Shown here one piece after another: positions 46,117 to 54,329 of a stretch of DNA of 59,875 nt. Each line of letters begins with the position of its first letter. The stretch's first letter is position 1. Under the pieces are notes generated by a model. The model did no database searches. It was given only the letters and a program-made list of their open reading frames with translations, and was not told the DNA's origin. The DNA is from Actinomycetota bacterium (GTDB lineage Bacteria; Actinomycetota; Thermoleophilia; RBG-16-64-13): assembly GCA_036795215.1 (NCBI GenBank), contig DAIRFC010000003.1, forward strand, positions 17,600 to 77,474, written 5' to 3'. The position numbers were made by a program, and so were the translations under genes.

Positions 46117-46443
46117 ATGAGCGATGGGACAGTCCAAGAAGTCAGCACCCAGGAATTCGACCAGATAGTAGGCGCGTCCACCGTGCCCGTTGTGGCAGAC
46201 TTCTGGGCTCCCTGGTGCGGCCCGTGCCGCATGGTAGGCCCTGTTCTGGAAAAACTGGCCGCCGATCACCCCGACACGGTCAAGGTGGTCAAGGTCAACG
46301 TCGACGTCAACCAAGAGTTGGCTGCCCGGTTCGGGATCATGAGCATCCCCACTGTCATCATGTTCAGCGGGGGCGAGGTCAAGAGCCAGCTCATCGGCGC
46401 CCGTGGCCAGAAAGACTACGAGAAAGAGTTCGGGTTGGCCTGA
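46117..46443 (+). CDS. trxA: Thioredoxin
   Basis: WAPWCGPC active site; 108 aa. Confidence 0.95.
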   Translation: MSDGTVQEVSTQEFDQIVGASTVPVVADFWAPWCGPCRMVGPVLEKLAADHPDTVKVVKVNVDVNQELAARFGIMSIPTVIMFSGGEVKSQLIGARGQKDYEKEFGLA

Positions 46444-46658
46444 TGGCTTCGTACGACCTCACATGCCGCTCATGCGGCAAGGACTTCGAGGTGTTCGTCC
46501 TTGGCTTCCTCAAAGAGGAGGCCAAGGTGTGTCCCGATTGCGGCAGCACCGACGTAGAGCAACGTTTCACCAAGTTCGGCGGCGTCATGGGCTCCTCGCA
46601 GTCGTGGTCCGGCGGCGGCGGAGCGGCGAGCTGCCGACCCTCATCCGGGTTCAGTTGA
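46443..46658 (+). CDS. FmdB-family zinc-ribbon protein (CxxC...CxxC)
   Basis: YDLTCRSCGKDFEV...CPDCGSTDVEQ with a Gly/Ser-rich tail. TGATG overlap with trxA. Confidence 0.75.
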   Translation: MASYDLTCRSCGKDFEVFVLGFLKEEAKVCPDCGSTDVEQRFTKFGGVMGSSQSWSGGGGAASCRPSSGFS

Positions 46659-46724
46659 GCAGGCTAGCGTAGGGGCCCGTGTGGCCCCCAACCACGTCCG
46701 TAACACTCCCGTGAGATAATCCCA

Positions 46725-46750
46725 CCGCGCCGTTCCTCGGAACGGCGCGG
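46725..46750 (+). terminator. Perfect 11-bp hairpin (candidate terminator)
   Basis: CCGCGCCGTTC-CTCG-GAACGGCGCGG, about 65 nt after the zinc-ribbon gene stop. No U-tract. Confidence 0.45.
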
Positions 46751-46779
46751 GGCTATCGGGCGAAGCGAGAAGGAGTTGC

Positions 46780-47604
46780 ATGCACCCGGAGCTGTTTCAT
46801 ATCGGGGGTTTCACCATGAACTCGTACGGGGTCATGATGGCCCTGGCCTTCATCTCCGCGGGCATCGTGGCCTACTGGCAGTTCAAGAAGCGCGGCGTGA
46901 GGCCCGACTTCATCTACCCGCTGCTCATCGCCACGGTCATCGGTGGCCTGTTGGGCGCGAAGATCCACTACCTCATCATCCATCCCGATGCGTGGCCGGA
47001 GAAGATGCTGAGCGGCCAGGGCCTGGTGTGGTTCGGCGGCCTATTCGGAGCCATCGCGGCCGTCGTCGTGGTGACCCTGGTCACCAAGGAGCGTCTTGCG
47101 GCGATCATGGACGCCGGCGGTCCGGCGGTGGCCATGGGGTACGTGTTCGGCCGGTTGGGTTGCTTCTTGAGAGGTTGCTGCTACGGCGTCGAGACCGATC
47201 TGCCGTGGGGGATGTCGTTCCCGAAGGGAGTGCCTCCGACCCCCGAGGGCGTGCAGGTACATCCTACCCAGCTGTACTCGAGTCTGGCCTCTCTGGTCAT
47301 CTTCGCGCTGCTGGTCTGGGCCATCGGCCCCCGTTTCAAGCGCGAGGGGCCTCTCATCTTCGCCTACGCCGTGCTGGCCGGCATCGAGCGCTTTCTCGTC
47401 GAGTTCATCCGCGCCAACCAGCCGGTCGTCGCAGGGCTCACCCAGCAGCAGTGGATAGCTCTGGCGATGGTGGTCGTGGGCGCAGTGGGCGTGTGGTGGT
47501 TCGGGACTCACGGCCGTCTGCGGCCGGTGGAGCAGGCGGGCGGGACGAATGTGAAAACATCTGTGGCATCCGCGAATGCGGGTTCAGGGAAAGGAAAGAG
47601 CTAA
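46780..47604 (+). CDS. lgt: Prolipoprotein diacylglyceryl transferase
   Basis: GFTMNSYGVMMALAF, GGLLGAKI, GRLGCFLRGCCYG and HPTQLY motifs. Confidence 0.9.
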   Translation: MHPELFHIGGFTMNSYGVMMALAFISAGIVAYWQFKKRGVRPDFIYPLLIATVIGGLLGAKIHYLIIHPDAWPEKMLSGQGLVWFGGLFGAIAAVVVVTLVTKERLAAIMDAGGPAVAMGYVFGRLGCFLRGCCYGVETDLPWGMSFPKGVPPTPEGVQVHPTQLYSSLASLVIFALLVWAIGPRFKREGPLIFAYAVLAGIERFLVEFIRANQPVVAGLTQQQWIALAMVVVGAVGVWWFGTHGRLRPVEQAGGTNVKTSVASANAGSGKGKS

Positions 47605-47608
47605 GACG

Positions 47609-48193
47609 ATGATGTTCATGAGAAAACGAAGCGGTGGCCGACTCGTTGCGATCGGCGCGCTCGCCGTCGCGATGAGCACTGCGCTCGTGCTTGTCACGAC
47701 GGTGCTGGCGGGCTGCGGCTCCGATGCCGACGCCGCCACCACCTCGCAGGGCTCCACGTCGCAGACCTCCACGTCGGCGACGTCGGGCGGCGCCAACCCA
47801 GGCGCGCCGGACTTCTCGGGCGAGACACTCGATGGGACGGCCGTGTCGTTGAGCGCATATCGGGGCAAACCGCTGGTGCTGGCCTTCATGGCCAGCTGGT
47901 GAGGGTCCTGCGGAGCAGAAGCCTCCGAACTCGATAGGTTCTATCGAGAGAACAAAGAAAAGGCAGGACTCCTGGTCATGGCAGTGGGAGATACGCGGGC
48001 GGCGATGGAGAAGTTCATGTCGGCCGGAGGATTCGATTTTCCGGTGATGATGTGTCCCGATGAAGTTGCGATGGCCTACCGGGTCCAGTACATCCCGGCG
48101 ATCTTCGTACTCGATGCGGAGGGCCGCTTGGCGGCGAAGCCCGACGGCTTGGTCACCGCGGCCCAACTGGCGGACATGGTGGCCGGTCTTTAG
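47609..48193 (+). CDS. TlpA/ResA-like thiol:disulfide oxidoreductase lipoprotein with in-frame TGA (47900-47902) at the first CxxC position: candidate selenoprotein (U-G-S-C), alternatively a nonsense pseudogene
   Basis: Signal peptide plus lipobox LAGC. The sequence reads ...GKPLVLAFMASW-TGA-GSCGAEASELDRFY.... The same frame stays open to TAG 48191-48193 and encodes the rest of the redoxin fold. Confidence 0.6.
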
Positions 48194-48306
48194 GGCCGCC
48201 TGCGCGCGGGATTCAGCCGGCGGCAACACCATGACCGATGGAACTGGGACTGTGGGGTGGCCGTCCTAGCGCCGTCGGGGTTGGAGGCCGGGACAGGGGG
48301 TTTGTC

Positions 48307-49491
48307 ATGTTGCAGGTGAAGAAGCACAAGGCTTGGACGGTCGTCACCGTGGGGTTTGTCATCCTGGGGTTGGCGGCGCTGCTCGGGACGGCGGCGTGCG
48401 GGGACGTCCAAGAATCCACTGTCGCCAAGGACTCCGCGCCGACCACGGCTGCTCCCGCCATGACCAGCACCACGTGGGCGGCGTCCGCCACGACCGTGGC
48501 TACGCCGGCCGGCTACCCCGACGATGACGGGTACTACTCCGGCGAGGCCGGCGGGGGGATCGACCAAGCCGTGGCCGGTACACTGACGGCGCTCCAAGCC
48601 GCGTCGGGCCAGAAGATCATCAGCAGCGCCCACCTAGAGATCGAGGTCGAGCAGGGCAAGTTCCAGATGGTCTTCGACCAGGCCATGATGCTGGCGGCCC
48701 GCTACGGCGGCTACCTGGTCAGCTCCGATGCCTATGCGAGTGGTGAAGAAGACAGCATGAAGAGCGGCACCGTGGCTGTGAGGGTCCCAAGCGGCTCCTT
48801 CGCAAAAGCACTCGACGACGCGACCAAGATCGGTACGCTCAAGAAGCACCAGCTCTCCACTGACGATGTGACCGAAGAGTATGTAGACCTGGAAGCCCGC
48901 ATCAAAAACGCCGAGGCCAACGTGAGTTCCCTGCTGGCGCTGCTCGAGAAGGCCGAGACGGTGGACGAGATCCTCTACGTGCGCTCGGTCCTTACATCCG
49001 CCCAGGGGGAATTGGAATCGCTCAAAGGCAGGATGCGCTTCCTCGAAGAGAACACGAGTTACTCGACCATCTCCATGAGCATCTATGAGGTCGGAGCCGA
49101 GACCTTGGAGGACGAGGAGGACTGGGGCTTCATCGCTGCCCTGAAGGGCGGGCTCCGCAACCTGGTGAAGGCGTTCAACGCCATCATCAGAGGTCTGGGG
49201 ATACTGATACCCATCCTCATAGTGCTGGCCATCATCGCCTACATCATCTACGCCATCGTGCGGGCCATAGTCCGCCGCAACCGGGCGCGCGAGCAGGCTC
49301 GATATCAGGCGTACCCGGAGGGTTGGAGGCCGCCGGCGACGGCAGGGATGACGCCCGCCGGTGGGCCGCAGGCGGCTCCTGCCGCGGCACCGGCCGCGCA
49401 GCCCGCCGGTCAGGCGACGGCAGAGGCGAAGCCCTCTACCGGTCAGGCGCCACAGGGCGAAGAACCGCGTGAACCCGGCAAGCAAGGCTGA
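48307..49491 (+). CDS. DUF4349-domain protein (possible lipoprotein, C-terminal TM, Pro/Ala-rich tail)
   Basis: The region from ...AHLEIEVEQGKFQ... to ...YVDLEARIKNAEANVSSLLALLEKA.., including ..YSTISMSIYE, is typical of DUF4349. N-terminal signal with ...TAAC. ATG 48307 follows CAGGGGG. Confidence 0.7.
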   Translation: MLQVKKHKAWTVVTVGFVILGLAALLGTAACGDVQESTVAKDSAPTTAAPAMTSTTWAASATTVATPAGYPDDDGYYSGEAGGGIDQAVAGTLTALQAASGQKIISSAHLEIEVEQGKFQMVFDQAMMLAARYGGYLVSSDAYASGEEDSMKSGTVAVRVPSGSFAKALDDATKIGTLKKHQLSTDDVTEEYVDLEARIKNAEANVSSLLALLEKAETVDEILYVRSVLTSAQGELESLKGRMRFLEENTSYSTISMSIYEVGAETLEDEEDWGFIAALKGGLRNLVKAFNAIIRGLGILIPILIVLAIIAYIIYAIVRAIVRRNRAREQARYQAYPEGWRPPATAGMTPAGGPQAAPAAAPAAQPAGQATAEAKPSTGQAPQGEEPREPGKQG

Positions 49492-49515
49492 GAGCAACTG
49501 ACTGCGGGTCGCCGC

Positions 49516-49554
49516 GGGGCGCGGGGAGCACCGATGTGGTGCTCCCCGCGCCCC
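49516..49554 (+). terminator. Perfect 17-bp GC-rich hairpin (candidate intrinsic terminator)
   Basis: GGGGCGCGGGGAGCACC-GATGT-GGTGCTCCCCGCGCCCC, 25 nt after the DUF4349 stop. No U-tract. Confidence 0.55.
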
Positions 49555-49696
49555 CGGTGTATACTCCCCACTTCGTGCCCGGCGGTGCGGCAGTGGCTCT
49601 CGTAGTTCCTGTCCGGCGGGCCGAGTACAATTCCATACAACACCCCTGCTCCGGCAATAAGGCCGGGGCCGCTCAGACCGCAGGAGGTGACCCAAA

Positions 49697-50059
49697 CTGA
49701 ACAGCTATGAGCTGGTTCTGATTCTGCGCACAGATGTGACGGATGAAGAACGAACCGCGGTGCTCGATCGCACCAAAGAGATCATCACGGGCGACGAAGG
49801 CGTCATCGTGAAGATCGACGAGTGGGGCAAACGGCGTCTCGCTTACGAGATCAAGGACTCTCCCGACGGCTTCTACTACATCTGGTACTTCGAGGCGCTG
49901 CCCAAGACCCTCGACGAAGTGACGCGGGTCCTCGGCATCACCGACACTGTACTGCGATTCATGCCCGTACGGCACGAGAAGCCGTTCGGCCCGGTGGAGC
50001 CCGCTGCTCCGGCCTCAGAGCCGGCGGAGGAGCCCGAACCGGTCGCTGAAGAAGCCTAG
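49697..50059 (+). CDS. rpsF: 30S ribosomal protein S6 (proposed CTG start)
   Basis: (L/M)NSYELVLILRTDVTDEE aligns with the S6 N-terminus (E. coli MRHYEIVFMVHPD). There is an in-frame TGA at 49688. CTG 49697 lies 9 nt after AGGAGG. The listed GTG 49736 would delete beta-strand 1. Confidence 0.85.
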   Translation: MNSYELVLILRTDVTDEERTAVLDRTKEIITGDEGVIVKIDEWGKRRLAYEIKDSPDGFYYIWYFEALPKTLDEVTRVLGITDTVLRFMPVRHEKPFGPVEPAAPASEPAEEPEPVAEEA

Positions 50060-50074
50060 GACAAAGGAGCAGAG

Positions 50075-50527
50075 ATGGCTCGCGGTATCGCACACGTGAC
50101 GCTGGTGGGCAACCTGACCCGCGACCCCGATCTCCGTCAGATCCCCAGTGGCACCTCGGTGTGCACGCTGGGCGTGGCGGTCAACTCCTCATACAAAGAC
50201 TCTTCCGGACAGTGGGTCGAGAAGCCCAACTTCTTCGACGTCATCGTCTGGGGGGCTCAGGCCGAGAACTGCGCCCGGTACCTCAGCAAAGGCCGCCAGG
50301 TGGCCGTCGACGGCCGCCTCGACCAGCGTTCGTGGGAGGCTCAGGACGGCACCAAGCGCAGCAAGGTCGAGATCATCGCCGATACAGTCATGTTCATCGG
50401 CGGTCCGAACGAAGCACAAACACGCGAGCCGGTCGCCCGGGGAGGCGCGCAGGCGCCCGCGGCGGGCGCGGCCGCGCAGGACGATTTCCGTGACATCGAT
50501 TTCGGGGGCGACGACATACCGTTCTAG
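50075..50527 (+). CDS. ssb: Single-stranded DNA-binding protein
   Basis: OB-fold N-terminus ([14 protein letters not shown]). Gly/Ala-rich linker. Acidic tail DFGGDDIPF. Confidence 0.95.
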   Translation: MARGIAHVTLVGNLTRDPDLRQIPSGTSVCTLGVAVNSSYKDSSGQWVEKPNFFDVIVWGAQAENCARYLSKGRQVAVDGRLDQRSWEAQDGTKRSKVEIIADTVMFIGGPNEAQTREPVARGGAQAPAAGAAAQDDFRDIDFGGDDIPF

Positions 50528-50550
50528 TCGGTCCCAGGGAGGTAGACGAA

Positions 50551-50808
50551 GTGGCGAATCTCAAGAAGCAGCCTAGGCGCACACGGCCCACCACGGGCTC
50601 GCGCCGCCGCAAATACTGCTTTTTCTGCAAGGAAGGCATAGAGGAAGTCGACTACAAAGATTTCACCACGCTGCGGCGTTTCATGTCCGAGCGGGGCAAG
50701 ATCCGGTCGCGTCGTACCACCGGCGCGTGCCGCCGTCATCAACGGCAGGTCGCCGTGGCCATCAAGCGGGCCCGTGAGGTCGCGCTTCTGCCGTACAGCA
50801 GTCGGTAG
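50551..50808 (+). CDS. rpsR: 30S ribosomal protein S18
   Basis: [15 protein letters not shown]...[22 protein letters not shown] is the S18 signature. Confidence 0.95.
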   Translation: MANLKKQPRRTRPTTGSRRRKYCFFCKEGIEEVDYKDFTTLRRFMSERGKIRSRRTTGACRRHQRQVAVAIKRAREVALLPYSSR

Positions 50809-50855
50809 AAGGCCGTCCGTCAGGTTACCGCGGTCGACACATACGAGGAGTGACT

Positions 50856-51317
50856 ATGGAGATAATCCTGCTTCAGGATGTTGAAAAGCTGGGCAACAAG
50901 GGCGAAGTGGCCTCTGTGTCCGATGGATACGCGCGCAACTACCTGTTCCCGAGGAAGCTGGCCGAGATGGCGACGCCCGGCCGGATAGCCCAGGTTCGCA
51001 AGATGATGGAAGAGAAGGCTGCTCAGGTCCGTCGTGAGGCCGAGCGGGCCGATGAGACCAGAGATATGCTCTGCAAGACCGTCCTCACCATCGGGGCGGC
51101 TGTGGGCACCAGCGACAGGCTCTTCGGCTCGGTCACCAACCAGGACATCGCCGACGCCATCTACGCGGCTCGCAAGATCCGCATCGACAAGCGCAATATC
51201 GATCTGGAGGAGCCCATCAAGACGGCCGGTACCTACATGGTCAAGGTCGAAGTCCACTCCAGTGTGGAACCGGCCGAGGTGAAGGTCATCGTGGCCTCCG
51301 AGGAGCAGAAGGACTGA
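50856..51317 (+). CDS. rplI: 50S ribosomal protein L9
   Basis: MEIILLQDVEKLGNKGEVASVSDGYARNYLFPRKLA. GAGGAG lies upstream of ATG 50856. Confidence 0.95.
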   Translation: MEIILLQDVEKLGNKGEVASVSDGYARNYLFPRKLAEMATPGRIAQVRKMMEEKAAQVRREAERADETRDMLCKTVLTIGAAVGTSDRLFGSVTNQDIADAIYAARKIRIDKRNIDLEEPIKTAGTYMVKVEVHSSVEPAEVKVIVASEEQKD

Positions 51318-51348
51318 CCACCTCGTCCTCGGGGAGGGAGAGGCGCTC

Positions 51349-52728
51349 GTGAAAATGATGGCGGGCGGCGGAGGTAACGGGGGTCAGGGCCGGGACGACT
51401 ACATCATCCCGCAGAACCTTGACGCCGAACTCTCAGTCTTGGGCGCCAGCATGCTGACGCCCAACGTCATCCCCGGGGTCAGCGAGATCATCCGGCCTCA
51501 CCATTTCTACCGGCAGGCGCATCAGCACATCTTCGAGGTGATCGAAGACCTGTTCTCGCGGGGCGAGCCGGTCGATCCCATCACCGTGTGCGAGGCGCTT
51601 GCCAACCGGGCCGAGCTCGAGGCCGTGGGGGGCAGGACCTTCGTGCACAGCCTGGTGGCGGCCGTTCCGGCGGCGACCAACGCCCGCTACTACGCCGAGA
51701 TCGTCCGCGAGAACTACTACCTCCGCTCGCTCATACGGGTGGGAGGCGAGATCACCGAGATGGCGTATCGCCGTGAGCAGCCCCCTCTGGAGCTCATCGA
51801 CCGCGCGGAGCAGATGGTGTTCGACATCTCCCAGACTCGGGTGACGGGGGACTTCGAGCCCTTCAGCGAGCTCATCGATTTGAACTACGCCGAATTGGAG
51901 AGGGCGGCCACCGACGGTCACCTCATGGCGGGTTGCCGCACCGGTTTCCGCGACCTCGACGCCAAGATAGGCGGATTCCAGCCCTCGAACCTGGTGATCC
52001 TCGCCGCGCGTCCTTCCATGGGCAAGACCGCCTTCGCGCTTAACGTGGCGCGCAACGTGGCCGTGGAGCAGCAGAAGGCCGTGGCCGTGTTCAGCTTGGA
52101 GATGTCCAAGCTTGAGGTCGCCACCAGGATCATGTGCTCGGAGGCCCGGGTGGATCTGTGGCGGGTGCGGCAGAGCGTGATGCAGCCCCGGGACTGGAGC
52201 GACCTCGCCGCGGGGTGTACGGCGCTCCATAACGCTCCTATCTTCATCGACGACAGCTCCTCGCTCAACCTCATGGAGATCCGCGCGAAGGCCAGGCGCC
52301 TGCGGGCCCGGGAGAAGGATCTCGGCCTGATCGTGGTCGATTACCTGCAGCTCATGATGGGAGACCTGGGGGTCGAGAACCGCCAGCAGGAGGTCTCGAG
52401 GATATCCCGAGGTCTGAAGATCCTGGCCCGCGAGTTGGAGGTGCCGGTGCTGGCTCTCTCCCAGTTGTCCCGGCAGGTCGAGCAGCGGGCCGGCAACAAG
52501 CCGGTGCTCTCCGACCTGCGCGAATCGGGCTCCCTGGAGCAGGACGCCGACTTGGTGCTCTTCATCTATCGCGACGAGGTCTACAACCGGGCGGGCTCGG
52601 AGAGAAAGGGAGAGGCCGATATCATCATCGGCAAGCAGCGTAACGGCCCCATCGGGGAGTGCTCGCTGACTTTCGCGGAGAACTACACGCGGTTCTCCGA
52701 TCTGGACAAGCACCATCTGACCGGATAG
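51349..52728 (+). CDS. dnaB: Replicative DNA helicase DnaB
   Basis: PQNLDAELSVLGA, GFRDLD, Walker A ARPSMGKTAF, VVDYLQLM and SQLSR motifs. Confidence 0.95.
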   Translation: MKMMAGGGGNGGQGRDDYIIPQNLDAELSVLGASMLTPNVIPGVSEIIRPHHFYRQAHQHIFEVIEDLFSRGEPVDPITVCEALANRAELEAVGGRTFVHSLVAAVPAATNARYYAEIVRENYYLRSLIRVGGEITEMAYRREQPPLELIDRAEQMVFDISQTRVTGDFEPFSELIDLNYAELERAATDGHLMAGCRTGFRDLDAKIGGFQPSNLVILAARPSMGKTAFALNVARNVAVEQQKAVAVFSLEMSKLEVATRIMCSEARVDLWRVRQSVMQPRDWSDLAAGCTALHNAPIFIDDSSSLNLMEIRAKARRLRAREKDLGLIVVDYLQLMMGDLGVENRQQEVSRISRGLKILARELEVPVLALSQLSRQVEQRAGNKPVLSDLRESGSLEQDADLVLFIYRDEVYNRAGSERKGEADIIIGKQRNGPIGECSLTFAENYTRFSDLDKHHLTG

Positions 52729-52759
52729 CCGCCGGACGGCGCCGGCAAGGCGGTAGGGG

Positions 52760-54169
52760 ATGCAGATGCGGATGGACCAACGCTATGACGTCGTCATCGT
52801 AGGCGGTGGACCGGCGGGGATCTTCGCCGCGCTCGAGTTCTCACGGCGGCCGGGCCTCCGGGTTCTCCTCATCGAGCAGGGGGCGGATATCTCCGAGCGC
52901 CACTGCCCGGCGCGGACGGAGGGGTCGTGTCTGCACTGCTCGCCGTGCGATATCACCACCGGCTGGGGTGGCGCCGGGGCCTTCTCCGACGGCAAGCTCA
53001 CGCTCAGCCCGGAAGTCGGGGGATGGCTGGGGGAATACGTGGGCGCGGCGGCCATGGAGGGTCTCATAGCCGACGTCGACCGCGTCTACCGGGACTTCGG
53101 AGCCCCCGACCGGCTCTACGGCCAGGACCCAGAGGGGCATGACCGCTGGTCGGGCGTGGCGGCCAAGCAGGGGCTGCGGCTCGTGCGTTCGCCGGTGCGG
53201 CATCTCGGGACCGAGAGGGCGGGCGAGATCCTTGCCGCCATGAGGACGGAGCTCGAGGACAAGGTGGACATCGTGACCGGTACGGCCGTCGCGACGATCG
53301 TCACCGAAGAGACCGGGACGACGCGGGTGACCGGGGTGCAGACCGCGGGAGGCGCCTACTACCAGAGCCCGGTCGTGATAGCGGCGCCCGGCCGGGAGGG
53401 CTCCGCGTGGCTCAGCGCCGAGGCGGCGCGGCTGGGCATCCCCCTGGTCAGCAATGCCGTCGATATCGGGGTGCGTGTGGAGGTCGCCGCGGTCGTCACC
53501 GACGTCATCACCGACGAGTTGTACGAACCGAAGTTGCTCTACACCTCGAAGCACTTCGAAGACCAGGTGCGCACCTTCTGCATGAACCCCCAGGGCGTGG
53601 TCTGCACCGAGAGCTGGGGAGATGCGGTGACCGTGAACGGCCATAGCTACGCCGACGCCGGTCGCAAGACCGCCAACACCAACTTCGCGCTACTCGTGTC
53701 CACGCGCTTCACCGAGCCGTTCAAAGAACCCATCGAGTACGGCAAGTCCATCGCCCGGTTGGCGAACATGCTTGGCAAAGACATCCTGGTGCAGCGCCTG
53801 GGCGATCTGCGGGCCGGGCATCGCACCACGCCTGAGAGGTTGGCGCGCAGCGTGGTGCAACCCACGCTGCGCGCCGCCACCCCGGGTGACCTCAGTTTCG
53901 CCTTGCCCTACCGTCACCTCCGCGACCTCATCGACATGCTCGATGCCTTAGACGGCATGCTGCCCGGTATCGCCGGCCGCGACACGCTGCTCTACGGCGC
54001 CGAGGTCAAGTTCTACTCATCCAGGCTGCAGCTCGATGAGGGGCTGCAGACGCCGGTGCGCGGGTTGTACGCTATAGGCGATGGGGCAGGTGTCACGAGA
54101 GGCCTGGTGCAGGCTTCGGCGTCCGGTTTGGTGGCAGCTAGGGCGATCGCCGCCGCCGGCGAGGGATAG
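52760..54169 (+). CDS. FAD-dependent oxidoreductase (COG2509-like uncharacterised dehydrogenase)
   Basis: Dinucleotide-binding motif DVVIVGGGPAGIFAA. A Cys cluster HCP...CLHCSPC. C-terminal GLYAIGDGAG. Alternative ATG starts at 52766 and 52772. Confidence 0.7.
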   Translation: MQMRMDQRYDVVIVGGGPAGIFAALEFSRRPGLRVLLIEQGADISERHCPARTEGSCLHCSPCDITTGWGGAGAFSDGKLTLSPEVGGWLGEYVGAAAMEGLIADVDRVYRDFGAPDRLYGQDPEGHDRWSGVAAKQGLRLVRSPVRHLGTERAGEILAAMRTELEDKVDIVTGTAVATIVTEETGTTRVTGVQTAGGAYYQSPVVIAAPGREGSAWLSAEAARLGIPLVSNAVDIGVRVEVAAVVTDVITDELYEPKLLYTSKHFEDQVRTFCMNPQGVVCTESWGDAVTVNGHSYADAGRKTANTNFALLVSTRFTEPFKEPIEYGKSIARLANMLGKDILVQRLGDLRAGHRTTPERLARSVVQPTLRAATPGDLSFALPYRHLRDLIDMLDALDGMLPGIAGRDTLLYGAEVKFYSSRLQLDEGLQTPVRGLYAIGDGAGVTRGLVQASASGLVAARAIAAAGEG

Positions 54170-54177
54170 GAGAGGTC

Positions 54178-54312
54178 ATGAGACGCTATGCCGCATATGT
54201 CTCGCTGGCGGTCTTCATCGGGCTCACCGTCGCCGGGCTCTGTCTCGACGAGTTCCGCGCCGTGGTGGCCAACGCCATCAACATCTGTCTGAGCTGCATC
54301 GGCATAGGGTGA
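54178..54312 (+). CDS. 44-aa membrane peptide with C-terminal CLSC motif (CD1871A-like CXXC small protein), absent from the ORF track
   Basis: ATG 54178 directly follows GGATAGGAGAGG. Translation is MRRYAAYVSLAVFIGLTVAGLCLDEFRAVVANAINICLSCIGIG, stop TGA 54310-54312. The ending ...INICLxCIGIG matches my recollection of this family, which sits next to polyferredoxins. Confidence 0.6.
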   Translation: MRRYAAYVSLAVFIGLTVAGLCLDEFRAVVANAINICLSCIGIG

Positions 54313-54329
54313 GCGGGGAACCGTCCGAC

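Noticed and set aside
49600-49696. Possible structured rpsF (S6:S18-binding) leader. CCTGC (49645-49649) pairs with GCAGG (49680-49684), partly covering the Shine-Dalgarno sequence. There is an inner CCGGC/GCCGG hairpin.
   Set aside because: The stems are only 5 bp and I cannot match them to the known leader motif from memory. A covariance-model scan is needed before calling it.
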